Virus record (IMG/VR): IMGVR_UViG_3300010389_000001
Span: 1-64,000 of that record
Length of the DNA stretch: 64,000 nt
Direction: 5' to 3' (one strand)
Shown here piece after piece: positions 50,253 through 60,663 of the stretch (position 1 is the first letter of the stretch; each line of letters starts with the position of its first letter). Position numbers and translations under genes: made by a program. The notes under the pieces are model-generated. The model did not search any database, was not told the DNA's origin, and worked only from the letters and a program-made list of their open reading frames with translations.

Positions 50253-51380
50253 ATGAAGTTTGATACGCTATATGGAAGGTCCACCTCTGGAAAGATCAAG
50301 CAGTGGACGGTATCAGTTTTAAAGCTTGCAGATGGAACATGCTATGTAGAGACGGAGCATGGATATATCGACGGCAAGAAGCAACTAGACCAAAGGTTGG
50401 TAGACTCTGGAAAGAATATTGGCCGAGCAAACGAGACAACTGTATATGAACAGGCCTGTTCCGAGGCTCAGTCGGCTTATAACAAGAAGGTAGACGAGGG
50501 TTACTACACATCTCCATCTGATATTCCAAAGGAATCAGAAGGGATGTTTCTGCCGATGCTGGCCCACAGGTACGATAAGCACTATAAAAAGATCAAATAC
50601 CCCTGCCTGGTTCAGCCAAAGTTAGATGGCTGCAGAATGATCGCAAAGAAAGAGGGCGGCAATGTTCTGATGTGGACTAGAAAGGGCAAGCCGATAGAAC
50701 TCTTGGATAAGATTCAGGACCAGCTTTCCAATATTTTAAGAGAAGGTCAAGCAGTCGATGGAGAAGTGTATGTTCACGGCTGGACCTTTCAAAGAATTAT
50801 CTCTGCGGTAAAAAAGAAGTCGGATGATACTGATCTTCTAGAGTATCATATCTATGATGCTCCACATGAAGAATTGCCATTCGAAGAGCGTATGCCACAG
50901 ATTAGTGAGGAATCTAGAGTTTTCCCGGAATATTGTAAGGGCTGGGAAGATCATGGCTCAAATATTGTATTCGTTGAAACCCTAAGGTCCATGTCAAAAG
51001 AAATCTTTGACACCCAAGAGCTTCTATTTACAACAGAAGGCTATGAGGGCATGATGGTGAGAAACGAGAGTAGTCTTTATAAATACAAGCATCGTTCATT
51101 TGACTTGCAAAAGGTGAAGAGGTTTGTTGATGATGAGTTTGAAATCATTGGAGGCAAAGACGGTTCCGGCAGAGAGTCTGGACTAATTATCTTTAGGTGC
51201 AAAACAAAGTCTGGGCTGGAGTTTGATGTAAGGCCAAGGGGCTCTCAAGAGTCTAGGAGGGAGATCTTTGACAACCTCCAATCTTACATTGGAAAAGAAC
51301 TAACGGTAAGGTACCAAGAGCTTACAGATGATGGAGTGCCAAGATTCCCCGTTGGAATTGCAGTGAGAGATTATGAGTGA
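50253..51380 (+). CDS. ATP-dependent DNA ligase
   Basis: QPKLDGCR, DGEVY, EGMMVR, LQKVK, PRFPV. Confidence 0.93.
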   Translation: MKFDTLYGRSTSGKIKQWTVSVLKLADGTCYVETEHGYIDGKKQLDQRLVDSGKNIGRANETTVYEQACSEAQSAYNKKVDEGYYTSPSDIPKESEGMFLPMLAHRYDKHYKKIKYPCLVQPKLDGCRMIAKKEGGNVLMWTRKGKPIELLDKIQDQLSNILREGQAVDGEVYVHGWTFQRIISAVKKKSDDTDLLEYHIYDAPHEELPFEERMPQISEESRVFPEYCKGWEDHGSNIVFVETLRSMSKEIFDTQELLFTTEGYEGMMVRNESSLYKYKHRSFDLQKVKRFVDDEFEIIGGKDGSGRESGLIIFRCKTKSGLEFDVRPRGSQESRREIFDNLQSYIGKELTVRYQELTDDGVPRFPVGIAVRDYE

Positions 51381-51466
51381 TTTGCCAAAGAGTTCGTAGC
51401 GATGATATAATTTAAGGTTATTTTGCGCAAACAATATAATAAAAAAAACATGGAGAAGATTAGAGT

Positions 51467-52321
51467 ATGTCAACTGCAAGTGTAATTGATTCTGTAATTA
51501 AAAGTAATCCAGTTCTATCTCATCAGGAGCAAGTAGATCTAGTAAACGACTGGCAGCGCAACTCAAACAAACTAAGCTTAGACAAGCTAGTTCTATCAAA
51601 TATGAAGCTAATCAATAAGGAGGCTTTCTCCGCGAAGAAGAAGAACGGCCATCTTTCTTACGATGATCTGGTACAGGAAGGAATTGCTGGCTTGCTAAAG
51701 GCCGCAAATATGTTTGATTCATCTCATGAGGTGAAGTTCATAACTTATGCTATGCTATGGGTCAAGGCTAATATGCGGGCTCATGTTATGAGCAATCGAT
51801 CAATAGTTAAGATGGGAACTACTCGTGATGACAGAGTTCTATTTAACAATTTGTCAAAGGTATCGAGGGAGGCCGACCTCTCTGGGGTCGAGGGAGAGGC
51901 GAAGGTAGAGTATATCTCAAAGCGCTTAGGTGTTGGGAAAGGTTCTGTTAGAAAGATGCTTTGCTCAACCAGGGGATACGACACAAGGCTTGATGCCCCA
52001 GTAAAGTCGGATGATGGCTCAGAGACTCTTCGAGTTACTCTGCTTGAAGATGAGGGTTCTGGCGAAGCCCAGACTATCTTGGACGTAGCGAGTGAGAAGA
52101 AGGTGGCGATACTAGAGGCGACAATTTCATCGCTGCCTGAATCTGAGTCAAAGATTATCCGAGACCGCTATCTTGCTGATAACCCAAAGACCCTTAGGGA
52201 GCTAGAGAAGGAAATGTCTATCTCGCGCGAATGGATTAGAAAGCTTGAGATGCGTGCTTTGAATCGAGTCAAGAAGCGCCTAAAGACAGAGTATGGAATC
52301 TCTGATATGCTAGATATCTAA
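51467..52321 (+). CDS. Sigma-70 family RNA polymerase sigma factor, RpoH-like
   Basis: DLVQEGIAGLLKA, FITYAMLW, RpoH-box-like VKMGTT...LFNNL, TLREL...SREWIRKLE. Confidence 0.88.
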   Translation: MSTASVIDSVIKSNPVLSHQEQVDLVNDWQRNSNKLSLDKLVLSNMKLINKEAFSAKKKNGHLSYDDLVQEGIAGLLKAANMFDSSHEVKFITYAMLWVKANMRAHVMSNRSIVKMGTTRDDRVLFNNLSKVSREADLSGVEGEAKVEYISKRLGVGKGSVRKMLCSTRGYDTRLDAPVKSDDGSETLRVTLLEDEGSGEAQTILDVASEKKVAILEATISSLPESESKIIRDRYLADNPKTLRELEKEMSISREWIRKLEMRALNRVKKRLKTEYGISDMLDI

Positions 52322-52649
52322 AATATTTTTTAGTATAATTTTTTTATGGGCGCTAACGAAGATTACAAAAAATATAAATACATTATATGGAGCCAAGAAG
52401 AAGGCCTCTTTTCTATAGACTCTATATCAGATGATGATCTAAAGTCAATATCAACAGCCTTAAATATAGAGTTGACCAAAAGGGTTGAGGAAGATACCTC
52501 GGCTAAGTTTAAAAAGCTAAAAGACTGCTGATTAATCAGTCATTTCTTCGACGGCTTTTGGGCGATTTTATCACCATACTTATAAAACACAAGAATTTTG
52601 TTGCACATTATTCTGCCTGGGTTATAAGAAGTGGGACAGCTTTTATTAT

Positions 52650-53026
52650 GGGGGTGAATAGGTTTCGACGTGGCAATGAGCCTGGATAGTGCAAGCGGTC
52701 TGCGGCAACAAAAGACCTAAATAGTGTTGCAAAACTAATAATTGCCAACAACAATTATCACTACAACTCTGTCGCTCTAGCGGCTTAGTCGTCGGGGCTT
52801 CTAGTCGCCTTGTAACCAAAGGCTAGATAACAGGTAGATCCCTGCGAAAATAAAAAATCAAAATGGCTACCCTCGTTGTATGAGGTGGAGCGCAATAGGG
52901 CAGTGAGCGCTGGTTGGAAAATCTGTCTATCTTTGCTGATTTGTGATAGTAAATCGGACAAGCTTGTGAACGACTTGAATGGTTATTTGTTGCGGACGCG
53001 AGTTTCGATTCTCGCCACCTCCACCA
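52650..53026 (+). ncRNA. ssrA: tmRNA; tag peptide ANNNYHYNSVALAA (52744-52788)
   Basis: GGGGGTG...GGTTTCGAC 5' end, G3:U70 acceptor, TTCGATT T-loop, CCA, tag ending in ALAA. Confidence 0.93.
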
Positions 53027-53053
53027 CTTTTCAAAAAAGTTAGAGGAGTAGAG

Positions 53054-53992
53054 ATGATTAGGAAAGAGAAAAATCATGTCATAAACTCTATTGTTAGAAA
53101 TTGCTGCATACCAGCGTGGCTTAAAGACTTGGACCCGATCTTGGCAGGGGGTTCGATTCTTTATTTCTACCTGATGTTTGGGGACGAAAATTCTTTTGCA
53201 TCAAAGAAGGTCATGGCAAAGATCAAGATGGTAGATAGATTCAGCGGCAACAAGGAGATCAGAAAGTATCTTTTGAATAAATCAGATGGCATTACCGATT
53301 ACCCTGGCGATGTTGACGTTTGGTTTGCTTCAGAAGAAGCTCTGGCTTCAGCGATGGCTTCTGTTCCTTCCTCAAATGCAATAAAAACATCGAATTGGGC
53401 AAATACCTTTCTCTTGAGAAATAGAGTCTTCCCAAGAATGAGGTCCCTGCAGGTTGTGAAGAAGGTTCAAGAATCCCCAGAGTCTCTCATCGAAAGCTTT
53501 GATCTTGCTAACTGCATGATTGCCTGGAGGGATGACACTCTTTATATTGATGATAGGCTGGATGCGGCGTTTGCTTCCGGTGCCCTTGAGTACGTAAACA
53601 ACCCATATGAAGGCGATTTGACATTTGCCTCAAAGCTATACAATGCTCTGAGGTTATTTAAGTATGCGGATAGGTATTCTTTATCTTTTTCAGATGAAAT
53701 TCACTCTATCATACTTAGTCTATTCCTAGAGGCGGACGATGCTGACTTAAAAGAATATGCCGAGAAAACCAGCTTTCAGAATATCCATTATGGAAAGGTG
53801 TATGCTTCGGAAAATACGGTAAGATCCATGATGCAAAACTTGGCATATAGCATCTCGATCTGGTATGGTATGGAAAATTTCAGAGAAGAAAACCTGGCCT
53901 TCCTCATAGGCCTTAAGTCTAAGGAGCTTTTGGTGACCCAGGAATTCGTTAAATCAGCCTTCGGAGAAGGCGCTAGATCACCTGGATGGTAA
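53054..53992 (+). CDS. Nucleotidyltransferase-like protein (PolA/CCA head-like)
   Basis: LAGGSI, DVDVWF, FDLANC, RLFKY. Confidence 0.6.
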   Translation: MIRKEKNHVINSIVRNCCIPAWLKDLDPILAGGSILYFYLMFGDENSFASKKVMAKIKMVDRFSGNKEIRKYLLNKSDGITDYPGDVDVWFASEEALASAMASVPSSNAIKTSNWANTFLLRNRVFPRMRSLQVVKKVQESPESLIESFDLANCMIAWRDDTLYIDDRLDAAFASGALEYVNNPYEGDLTFASKLYNALRLFKYADRYSLSFSDEIHSIILSLFLEADDADLKEYAEKTSFQNIHYGKVYASENTVRSMMQNLAYSISIWYGMENFREENLAFLIGLKSKELLVTQEFVKSAFGEGARSPGW

Positions 53993-54008
53993 AGCCTTTG
54001 GAGGCATT

Positions 54009-54944
54009 ATGCAAAACTTAGGATACGCCTGCATTAACATGACTCTATCAAATGTGTCGCCAAAGAAAAAGGTGACGACTAACAGGAGTATGATCAAAAG
54101 AACTTTCGAGAAAAAAGGATCTCTCTACGCCGGAGAGCTTGCTCTTCAAAATGTTAGGGATTTAACGAAAATCTTGAGATGGAATAACGATAAGAATATT
54201 AAGTTTTTTCGTATATCATCAGAAGTTTTTCCATGGGCGTCAGAGTATTCTATCGCGAGCTTGAGCAATTATTCATCCATCCTTCTGGCGGCACAGGCAG
54301 CAGGAAGGGTTGCTAGTAATTATGGTATGAGGCTGACGGCTCACCCTGGGCCTTTTAACAAGCTGTGCTCTCCGAAGGAGCATGTTGTTAAAAATACAAT
54401 AAGAGACTTAGAGATTCACGGAGAGTTCTTCGATATGCTGGGCCTATCAAGAACTCCATACAACAAAATCAATATTCATGTTGGCGCAGCATATGACTCA
54501 AAGCAAGTCGCACTTGATACGTTCTGTCGCAATTTCGAGAGGCTTCCAGATTCAGTTCGAACAAGACTTACGGTAGAGAACGATGACCGGCCTTCTTTAT
54601 ACTCAACTCACGAACTTTACGATGGAATCTACAAGAGGCTTGGAATTCCAATAGTCTTTGACTATCATCATCATAAGTTTAGAAATGATGGAGAGTCAGA
54701 GGAAGAGGCCTTAAGGCTTGCTGCATCAACATGGGGTGATGTAACTCCTGTTGTTCATTACTCGGAGTCAAGGTCGGAAGAGTACGGCGATCCGAAGATT
54801 AAGGATAATGCTCATTCGGATTATATCTACAATCGCATTGATGACTATGGTTTAGATATTGATATTATGATTGAGGCAAAGGCGAAAGAGTTAGCTCTCC
54901 TAAAGTATAGGGAGGAAAATTGTGGCATACTTGAACCTGAATAA
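54009..54944 (+). CDS. uvsE: UV damage endonuclease
   Basis: LGYACIN, FFRISS, HPGPF, INIHVG, VENDD, FDYHHH, HYSES, MIEAKAKE. Confidence 0.93.
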   Translation: MQNLGYACINMTLSNVSPKKKVTTNRSMIKRTFEKKGSLYAGELALQNVRDLTKILRWNNDKNIKFFRISSEVFPWASEYSIASLSNYSSILLAAQAAGRVASNYGMRLTAHPGPFNKLCSPKEHVVKNTIRDLEIHGEFFDMLGLSRTPYNKINIHVGAAYDSKQVALDTFCRNFERLPDSVRTRLTVENDDRPSLYSTHELYDGIYKRLGIPIVFDYHHHKFRNDGESEEEALRLAASTWGDVTPVVHYSESRSEEYGDPKIKDNAHSDYIYNRIDDYGLDIDIMIEAKAKELALLKYREENCGILEPE

Positions 54945-55521
54945 TCTGTGTTCGCCATATCCAGATCCAGCCTTGTCCCTGAAGGTTGGGCTTCACTTTT
55001 TGGAGTCTGCTGTTCCGGCAGAGTATCGTGTGTCGTGCGCAGCGATTGATCTGGCAAAGAACTATGTATACGGCGATCAGAGTGATCTATCTGCAGATAA
55101 TGCCTCTACGGTATATCATCAGGGTGAGCTTTTCGCTAGGCGGGCCTGTGAGTTGGCTATCAAAAAGCACTTTCAAAGATCTTTTTCATATAGAGCGACG
55201 GCGCGGTTTTGCTGCGCAGTTTCTAGGCTGCACGACAAGCGGCTGGCTAGCAGATACACATTTTATTCCTATGTAAAGTCTTCGATTAGAGCGGCTGCAG
55301 CAGCGCGATATTATTCGAGCAATAATCCTGAAGTAATGAAAGAAGATTCTAATGAAAATCGAGAAATAATTCACGATTATATGGTCTCTATACTTCCTGA
55401 GATAATTGATCACGTTATAGGCAGCCGCTCGGTACTGCTTGATCCAGGTATGATTATGGGCCTCATTAAAGACGAAGAGGTTATGGACAAGTTTCTTTTT
55501 AACTTAGACTCATTGAGGTAA
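54922..55521 (+). CDS. Divergent paralog 4 of the Imm5-like family
   Basis: LNLNNL...PDPALS N-terminus and FLFNLDSLR C-terminus. Confidence 0.55.
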   Translation: MAYLNLNNLCSPYPDPALSLKVGLHFLESAVPAEYRVSCAAIDLAKNYVYGDQSDLSADNASTVYHQGELFARRACELAIKKHFQRSFSYRATARFCCAVSRLHDKRLASRYTFYSYVKSSIRAAAAARYYSSNNPEVMKEDSNENREIIHDYMVSILPEIIDHVIGSRSVLLDPGMIMGLIKDEEVMDKFLFNLDSLR

Positions 55522-55523
55522 TC

Positions 55524-56318
55524 GTGAAGGCAAGTGCAAAGCAGAAGAAAATTTTTGATTCTTTTTTTCTTCATATGAAAAAAAATATCGAAGTAATTAG
55601 AAAGCGTTGGGCAATCAATCTTAAAAATAAAGATTCTGTAATTGACTTTTGGGATTCTCTCAGCAAGGCCGACAAGAAGCGACTTGTCTCGCATCCTAGC
55701 TTTAAACATTATCCCTCATGCAGTTGGTCTAGAACCTCAAGAAAGCCATACGGAGAAGCCATAGGCCATCTTGTATCTAAAAGAATTATGCTGTCTCCAT
55801 CCGACAGGCAGCTTCTAGTGAAAAATGCCGTAGGTGTTTTTGCTGTTTATGCCTTCGATCAGGCAGAGGCTTATGAAAAAATAGCTATGTCGAAAAGACT
55901 CTTTTATTCTACCGATAAGCGAGTTAGGGGCAGGTCGCTAACCTATGCTCCACTCCCAATGATTAAGAGAGAAATGATCTCTGTAATTAGCAGGGGCGAT
56001 TGGAGTCTGACTAATAAGCTTGTAAAAAGAGTTGGATTTATAAACTGCTATAGGCTATTTATTCCGGATAATCTAGAGCGGCTCTCTAATAAGAGATTCT
56101 CTTACAACTATTACTGGTGGACGCGAAAAGCCCTGGAGTTTGCATCAAGGTCGGAAGTAAAGCATTTGGATGATCAGATAGATAGCTGCAATAGCGATTT
56201 AGTCAAGTCAATCCTTATTAGCAAGATGCCTGCAAGCAAGATGTTATTTTATATGAATAATACATCAAAAGGTATGCGTACCGCAGAAGTCCTGCAGCGC
56301 AAACTGGAGATTATTTAA
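55524..56318 (+). CDS. Hypothetical basic protein
   Basis: 264-aa ORF within an operon. Confidence 0.6.
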   Translation: MKASAKQKKIFDSFFLHMKKNIEVIRKRWAINLKNKDSVIDFWDSLSKADKKRLVSHPSFKHYPSCSWSRTSRKPYGEAIGHLVSKRIMLSPSDRQLLVKNAVGVFAVYAFDQAEAYEKIAMSKRLFYSTDKRVRGRSLTYAPLPMIKREMISVISRGDWSLTNKLVKRVGFINCYRLFIPDNLERLSNKRFSYNYYWWTRKALEFASRSEVKHLDDQIDSCNSDLVKSILISKMPASKMLFYMNNTSKGMRTAEVLQRKLEII

Positions 56319-57971
56319 ATGTGTGGTTTTTCGGCTTATTATGGCGAAGCGCCAGAACGCTTTGCAGAAGATGGTTTGTCAGTTAGGTATCGAGGCCCAG
56401 ATAATTCGGCGTTCAGAGAGGTGTCGAATAAAGTTGGTATGCTTTTTCATAGGCTTGCCATAGTGGGGCTAGATGAATCTGGAAATCAGCCGCTACATCA
56501 CAATGGTATATACCTAGTCTGCAATGGCGAGATATATAATCATAAGGAACTAATTGAAGCAGAATCCTTTCCAGTAGACACAACATCAGACTGCGAAGTT
56601 ATAATCCACCTGTATGAAAAGTACGGAATATCAGAGTGTCTCAATAAGCTGGATGGCGTGTTTGCCTTTTTCCTATATGATTCCGACAGAGATATAGCTT
56701 ACGCAGCAAGAGATAGGTTTGGCGTTAGGCCGGCATTCTTCGGCATAAGCAATGGAACTCTTTGTGTATCATCAGAAGCAAAGGCAATTGCCAATTTTGT
56801 CGATACCGTATTTCACCTTGAGCCTGGCAGGTACATAGATTCAGTTTCGTTAAGCCAGATAAGCTATTACAGTCTTCCGATTGGGCACACGATTATTGCT
56901 CCAGATATCGCCAGATACACTGAGGGTGTAAAGCGAGAGGTAAGATGGCGTCTCGTTAAGGCGGTCGAGAAGAGGATGATGTCAGACAGAGAGGTTTGTT
57001 GCCTCCTTTCTGGAGGGCTAGATAGCAGCCTGATAGCATCGATTGTATCGATGATGGTAAATGGTTATAGGCTGGTCAGATACGCCGAAAGAGACTCCTG
57101 GGAGTTCTTCGAGGATAAGAAGCTTGATTATAAGTTAAAAACATTTTCAATAGGGATGGATGGCAGCCCTGACCTTGATTATGCAGATATTGCAGCAAGA
57201 TGGATTGACTCTGACCACCATCGAATCGAGCTAACCGAAGAGGAATTCTTATCTAACATTGAGCGAACTATATACGTTACGGAATCGTATGATACAACTA
57301 CGGTTAGAGCCAGTGTTGGCAACTATTTAGTATCTAAGTATATCTCAGATAATACTGATTGCAAAGTAGTATTTAATGGCGATGGAAGTGATGAGGTATG
57401 TTGTGGTTACATATATAACGCTAATGCTCCATCTCCATATGCTTTGCACAAAGAGTCGATGAGACTTGTAAATGAGATTTACTTATTTGATGTACTGAGG
57501 TCAGACAGATCAATAAGCTCTAATGGGCTTGAGGCTAGAACGCCATTTCTGGATAAGGACTTTGTGCAATACTATATGTCCATTGACCCCAGCCTAAAGA
57601 TGTTTGGCTCGAACTATAAGATAGAAAAAGAGCTTCTGAGATCGTCATTTAGGAATGATGGCTTGTTGCCAATGGAGATACTTTGGCGACATAAGTGTGC
57701 TTTTTCCGATGGGGTATCGGCAAAGGAGAAGTCTTGGCATAAGACTCTGCAGGCTCATATAGATTCAGAGATAACCGATGATGAGTTTGAGCAAGAAAGG
57801 ATTTCTATAAAAAATTGTACGCCAGAGCTAAAAGAAAGCCTATACTACAGAAGGGTGCATAGAAAGCTTTTCCCGGAATCCATGGATGATATTATCCCGC
57901 ACTTCTGGATGCCAAAGTGGACTAATGTAAAAGACCCATCTGCAAGAGAACTAGACTCAAACAAGGAATAG
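56319..57971 (+). CDS. asnB: Asparagine synthetase B (glutamine-hydrolysing)
   Basis: MCG N-terminus, RGPD, NGEIYNH, RDRFGVRP, LLSGGLDSS, GDGSDE, EARTPFLD. Confidence 0.95.
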   Translation: MCGFSAYYGEAPERFAEDGLSVRYRGPDNSAFREVSNKVGMLFHRLAIVGLDESGNQPLHHNGIYLVCNGEIYNHKELIEAESFPVDTTSDCEVIIHLYEKYGISECLNKLDGVFAFFLYDSDRDIAYAARDRFGVRPAFFGISNGTLCVSSEAKAIANFVDTVFHLEPGRYIDSVSLSQISYYSLPIGHTIIAPDIARYTEGVKREVRWRLVKAVEKRMMSDREVCCLLSGGLDSSLIASIVSMMVNGYRLVRYAERDSWEFFEDKKLDYKLKTFSIGMDGSPDLDYADIAARWIDSDHHRIELTEEEFLSNIERTIYVTESYDTTTVRASVGNYLVSKYISDNTDCKVVFNGDGSDEVCCGYIYNANAPSPYALHKESMRLVNEIYLFDVLRSDRSISSNGLEARTPFLDKDFVQYYMSIDPSLKMFGSNYKIEKELLRSSFRNDGLLPMEILWRHKCAFSDGVSAKEKSWHKTLQAHIDSEITDDEFEQERISIKNCTPELKESLYYRRVHRKLFPESMDDIIPHFWMPKWTNVKDPSARELDSNKE

Positions 57972-58937
57972 GCACAAGATCTTTTTTTAGTGATGCCTTT
58001 AATATATAGGGGTTATTATGAAGAAAAAGATCTATGGCTATAAGATAAGAAACAAAAAGACGGGCAAGTATTTAGCTTCATCTGGAAACTGGACAAGCAT
58101 TGGTAAGGTCTGGGCAAGAAAGGGCGGAGCTATAAAGAAGCTAAATGACCTTCTAAAAAGAGCGTCAAATGCAGAAAAAAGATGGCATGGCGGGCGAAAG
58201 CCTGATTGGCTAAAAACAAAAGAAGATCTATTGGAAGAGATTTTACAATGCGAAGTAGTAGAATTATCTGAGTCTAACTCATACCCAATAACTTTTGAGA
58301 TAGACAAGATAAAGGTTTAATATATGTCTTTTGCCATTCCATCGGAGAAAGAAACTCCACAAACCCTCTGGAAAAGCCAGAGGGAAATGGGCGGGAGAAT
58401 TCTGCTAAAGATACCTTTTGATTCTACCGAAGCTGATATGCAGGGATTCATATCTACTATGGGGTCGAAAGATAGCGGTCTTCCCGTCCTTACGGTATGC
58501 GTCGCGAAGCCGACAGGTGGTGCCATAGTTTCAACTATAGTCTTCCCGTCATCCGAGAAATACATGGATTTTATTTCTCTAGCCTCTTCGGACTCTCTTC
58601 TTCATTTTTTTGAAGACCAAGCTGTTTGACGTAGATCGGGCGATAGAATCCGCCGTAGTCCAAATTCATGCTTAGATTAACGTAAGGACTAATGCTTTCG
58701 GGAATGATTCTGTTTTCAGCACTTAGGGTTTCAGATATATTCCCATAAGTTTTATCTGATCCATATATTTCTGCAATAAAAAATAAAGATATTACAATAA
58801 TAATCAATGATTTATTTTTCATGATCTAATCTCTTGCCCTCTTTTATACCCAGTTTTCAATTATTAGTATAATCGGGAGGAATTTTTTTGCACTTTATCC
58901 CGGCCCGGTTATAGCCCCTATGGAGGAGTGCGCCTTT

Positions 58938-59627
58938 ATGATTAAGATGTTAGGCAGGGTCGATAGAGACTTTATTCTTACCCTATCAGGCGGTGTAGAC
59001 AGCATGGTTGCGCTGGACTTTTTGGCCAAGCGCAATCGAAATGTTTTGGCCCTACATTTCGATCACGGTACGGAGTACGGAGCCAGAGCAAGATCTTTTG
59101 TAGAAGAGGTATGTCTTCTAAACAATATTCCACTGGTAGTTGGTTCTATTAGTCGAGAGAGAGATGCGGGCGAATCAAAGGAGGCTTATTGGAGAGAGCA
59201 AAGGTATAGCTTTTTTGATTCATGGGATGATGAGAGGCACAGCAGAGTAGTTGACTTTGATAATCAATTTTTTAAGAGATCAAAGATTGTTACCTGCCAC
59301 CATTTAGATGACGCCGTAGAAACTTATCTCTTCTCTTCTATCCGTGGAAATGCAAAGCTTATTCCTTATGCTAGGCAGAATTATATTCGCCCATTTTTGC
59401 TGACAAAGAAAAGCGAGATTATCGAATATGCGAATAGGCAGGGGGTTCAATGGCTTGACGATCCTTCTAATGCGAATCAGGACTTTGCAAGAAACTTCAT
59501 TAGGCACACACTTCTTCCAAATGCCCTGCAAGTGAACCCAGGACTTCATAAGACGGTAAAAAAGAAGATTCTGGCTCAATACGAGGCGCAGCAAGATTTT
59601 GAATATCAAATCGATAATTTTTGCTAG
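58938..59627 (+). CDS. tilS: tRNA(Ile)-lysidine synthetase (short form)
   Basis: SGGVDS PP-loop, HFDHG, HHLDDAVET, IRPFL, DPSN...RNFIRH. Confidence 0.9.
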   Translation: MIKMLGRVDRDFILTLSGGVDSMVALDFLAKRNRNVLALHFDHGTEYGARARSFVEEVCLLNNIPLVVGSISRERDAGESKEAYWREQRYSFFDSWDDERHSRVVDFDNQFFKRSKIVTCHHLDDAVETYLFSSIRGNAKLIPYARQNYIRPFLLTKKSEIIEYANRQGVQWLDDPSNANQDFARNFIRHTLLPNALQVNPGLHKTVKKKILAQYEAQQDFEYQIDNFC

Positions 59628-60663
59628 TTTCGATAGACTTCTTCTAACGGGTGACTAGCATGTCGTTGTGGGCCGGATGGTTGGCTTGCACAAAAGCCCA
59701 AGATTATAACGCGGGCATTGAATTTCTAGACAGGAAGTTATAATGACTTTTGAAAGAGTCCGAGGCCCAGCCTCAGACCGATACGATTGCTTTAATATTC
59801 GAGACTTTCGAAAGAATGACTCGATTATCGTTCTTGTAGAACGTGGCACACGCCGCCTACGAGGCGTTGTTACTTACGTAGATGAAGAAACAAATATGAT
59901 CTCATTCGTTACAAATGAGGGGGATTATATGACTGACATTAATTCTATCGTTTTCTTGGGAGACCCCAAGGGTGGCTGGCTTGAAAGAGCAGACTCCTAG
60001 TTCCCTGGCCTGGTCAGAGGTTCTGGATCTGCTGGATAAGTATCAGTTATCTGCCGATGATGTAATGGCTATCGCAGAAGTTCTTTATGATATGGCTCAA
60101 GACTATCTTGAGGAAGATACACTAAAAAAGAGCGATGCCAATTTGAGCAATCCCTCTAGGGCAATATCAATAAAGTCTAGCGCAAGAAATCCGGCATTTG
60201 ATAGATTCCCTCTCTTTAAACAAAGGTGGGGTCTAGATCCCTCCCTTATTTACGAAGACAACTAGCGTGGAAGGTAATATGGCAAAAGAAACTGCGGAGA
60301 CCAGCAAGAAGGCTCCCAAGAAGAAAAAGATTATGATATTTGATCAAGATAAAAAAGGAGAATAACATGAGCACGAAGCCAATCAATAAGACCAAGTCAA
60401 CTAAGTCTGTTCGCCTACGACTAAGCTTGAATCAGCCATCAAAGCGCGCTGGATGCAATCAGCTTAGCATTACCGTGCCTTCAAGCGACTGGCGCATTCC
60501 AAACCAGAGCCTAAGTTTGAGCGTTCGAGATGCCGAGGTTATTCGTCGTTTTCTAAATGAGTACCTTGGCGACTGATAAGTAGTCTCTTAGAGGGGGCCG
60601 GCAGCGAATAGTCGCTGCCGGCTTTATTGCGTTAGTTAAACAAAGTTTTAGACGAGCGGGTAA

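Noticed and set aside
52823-53077. ORF 52823-53077 (minus) and the 52979 start of the next gene
   Set aside because: They overlap tmRNA; the RBS supports a start at 53054
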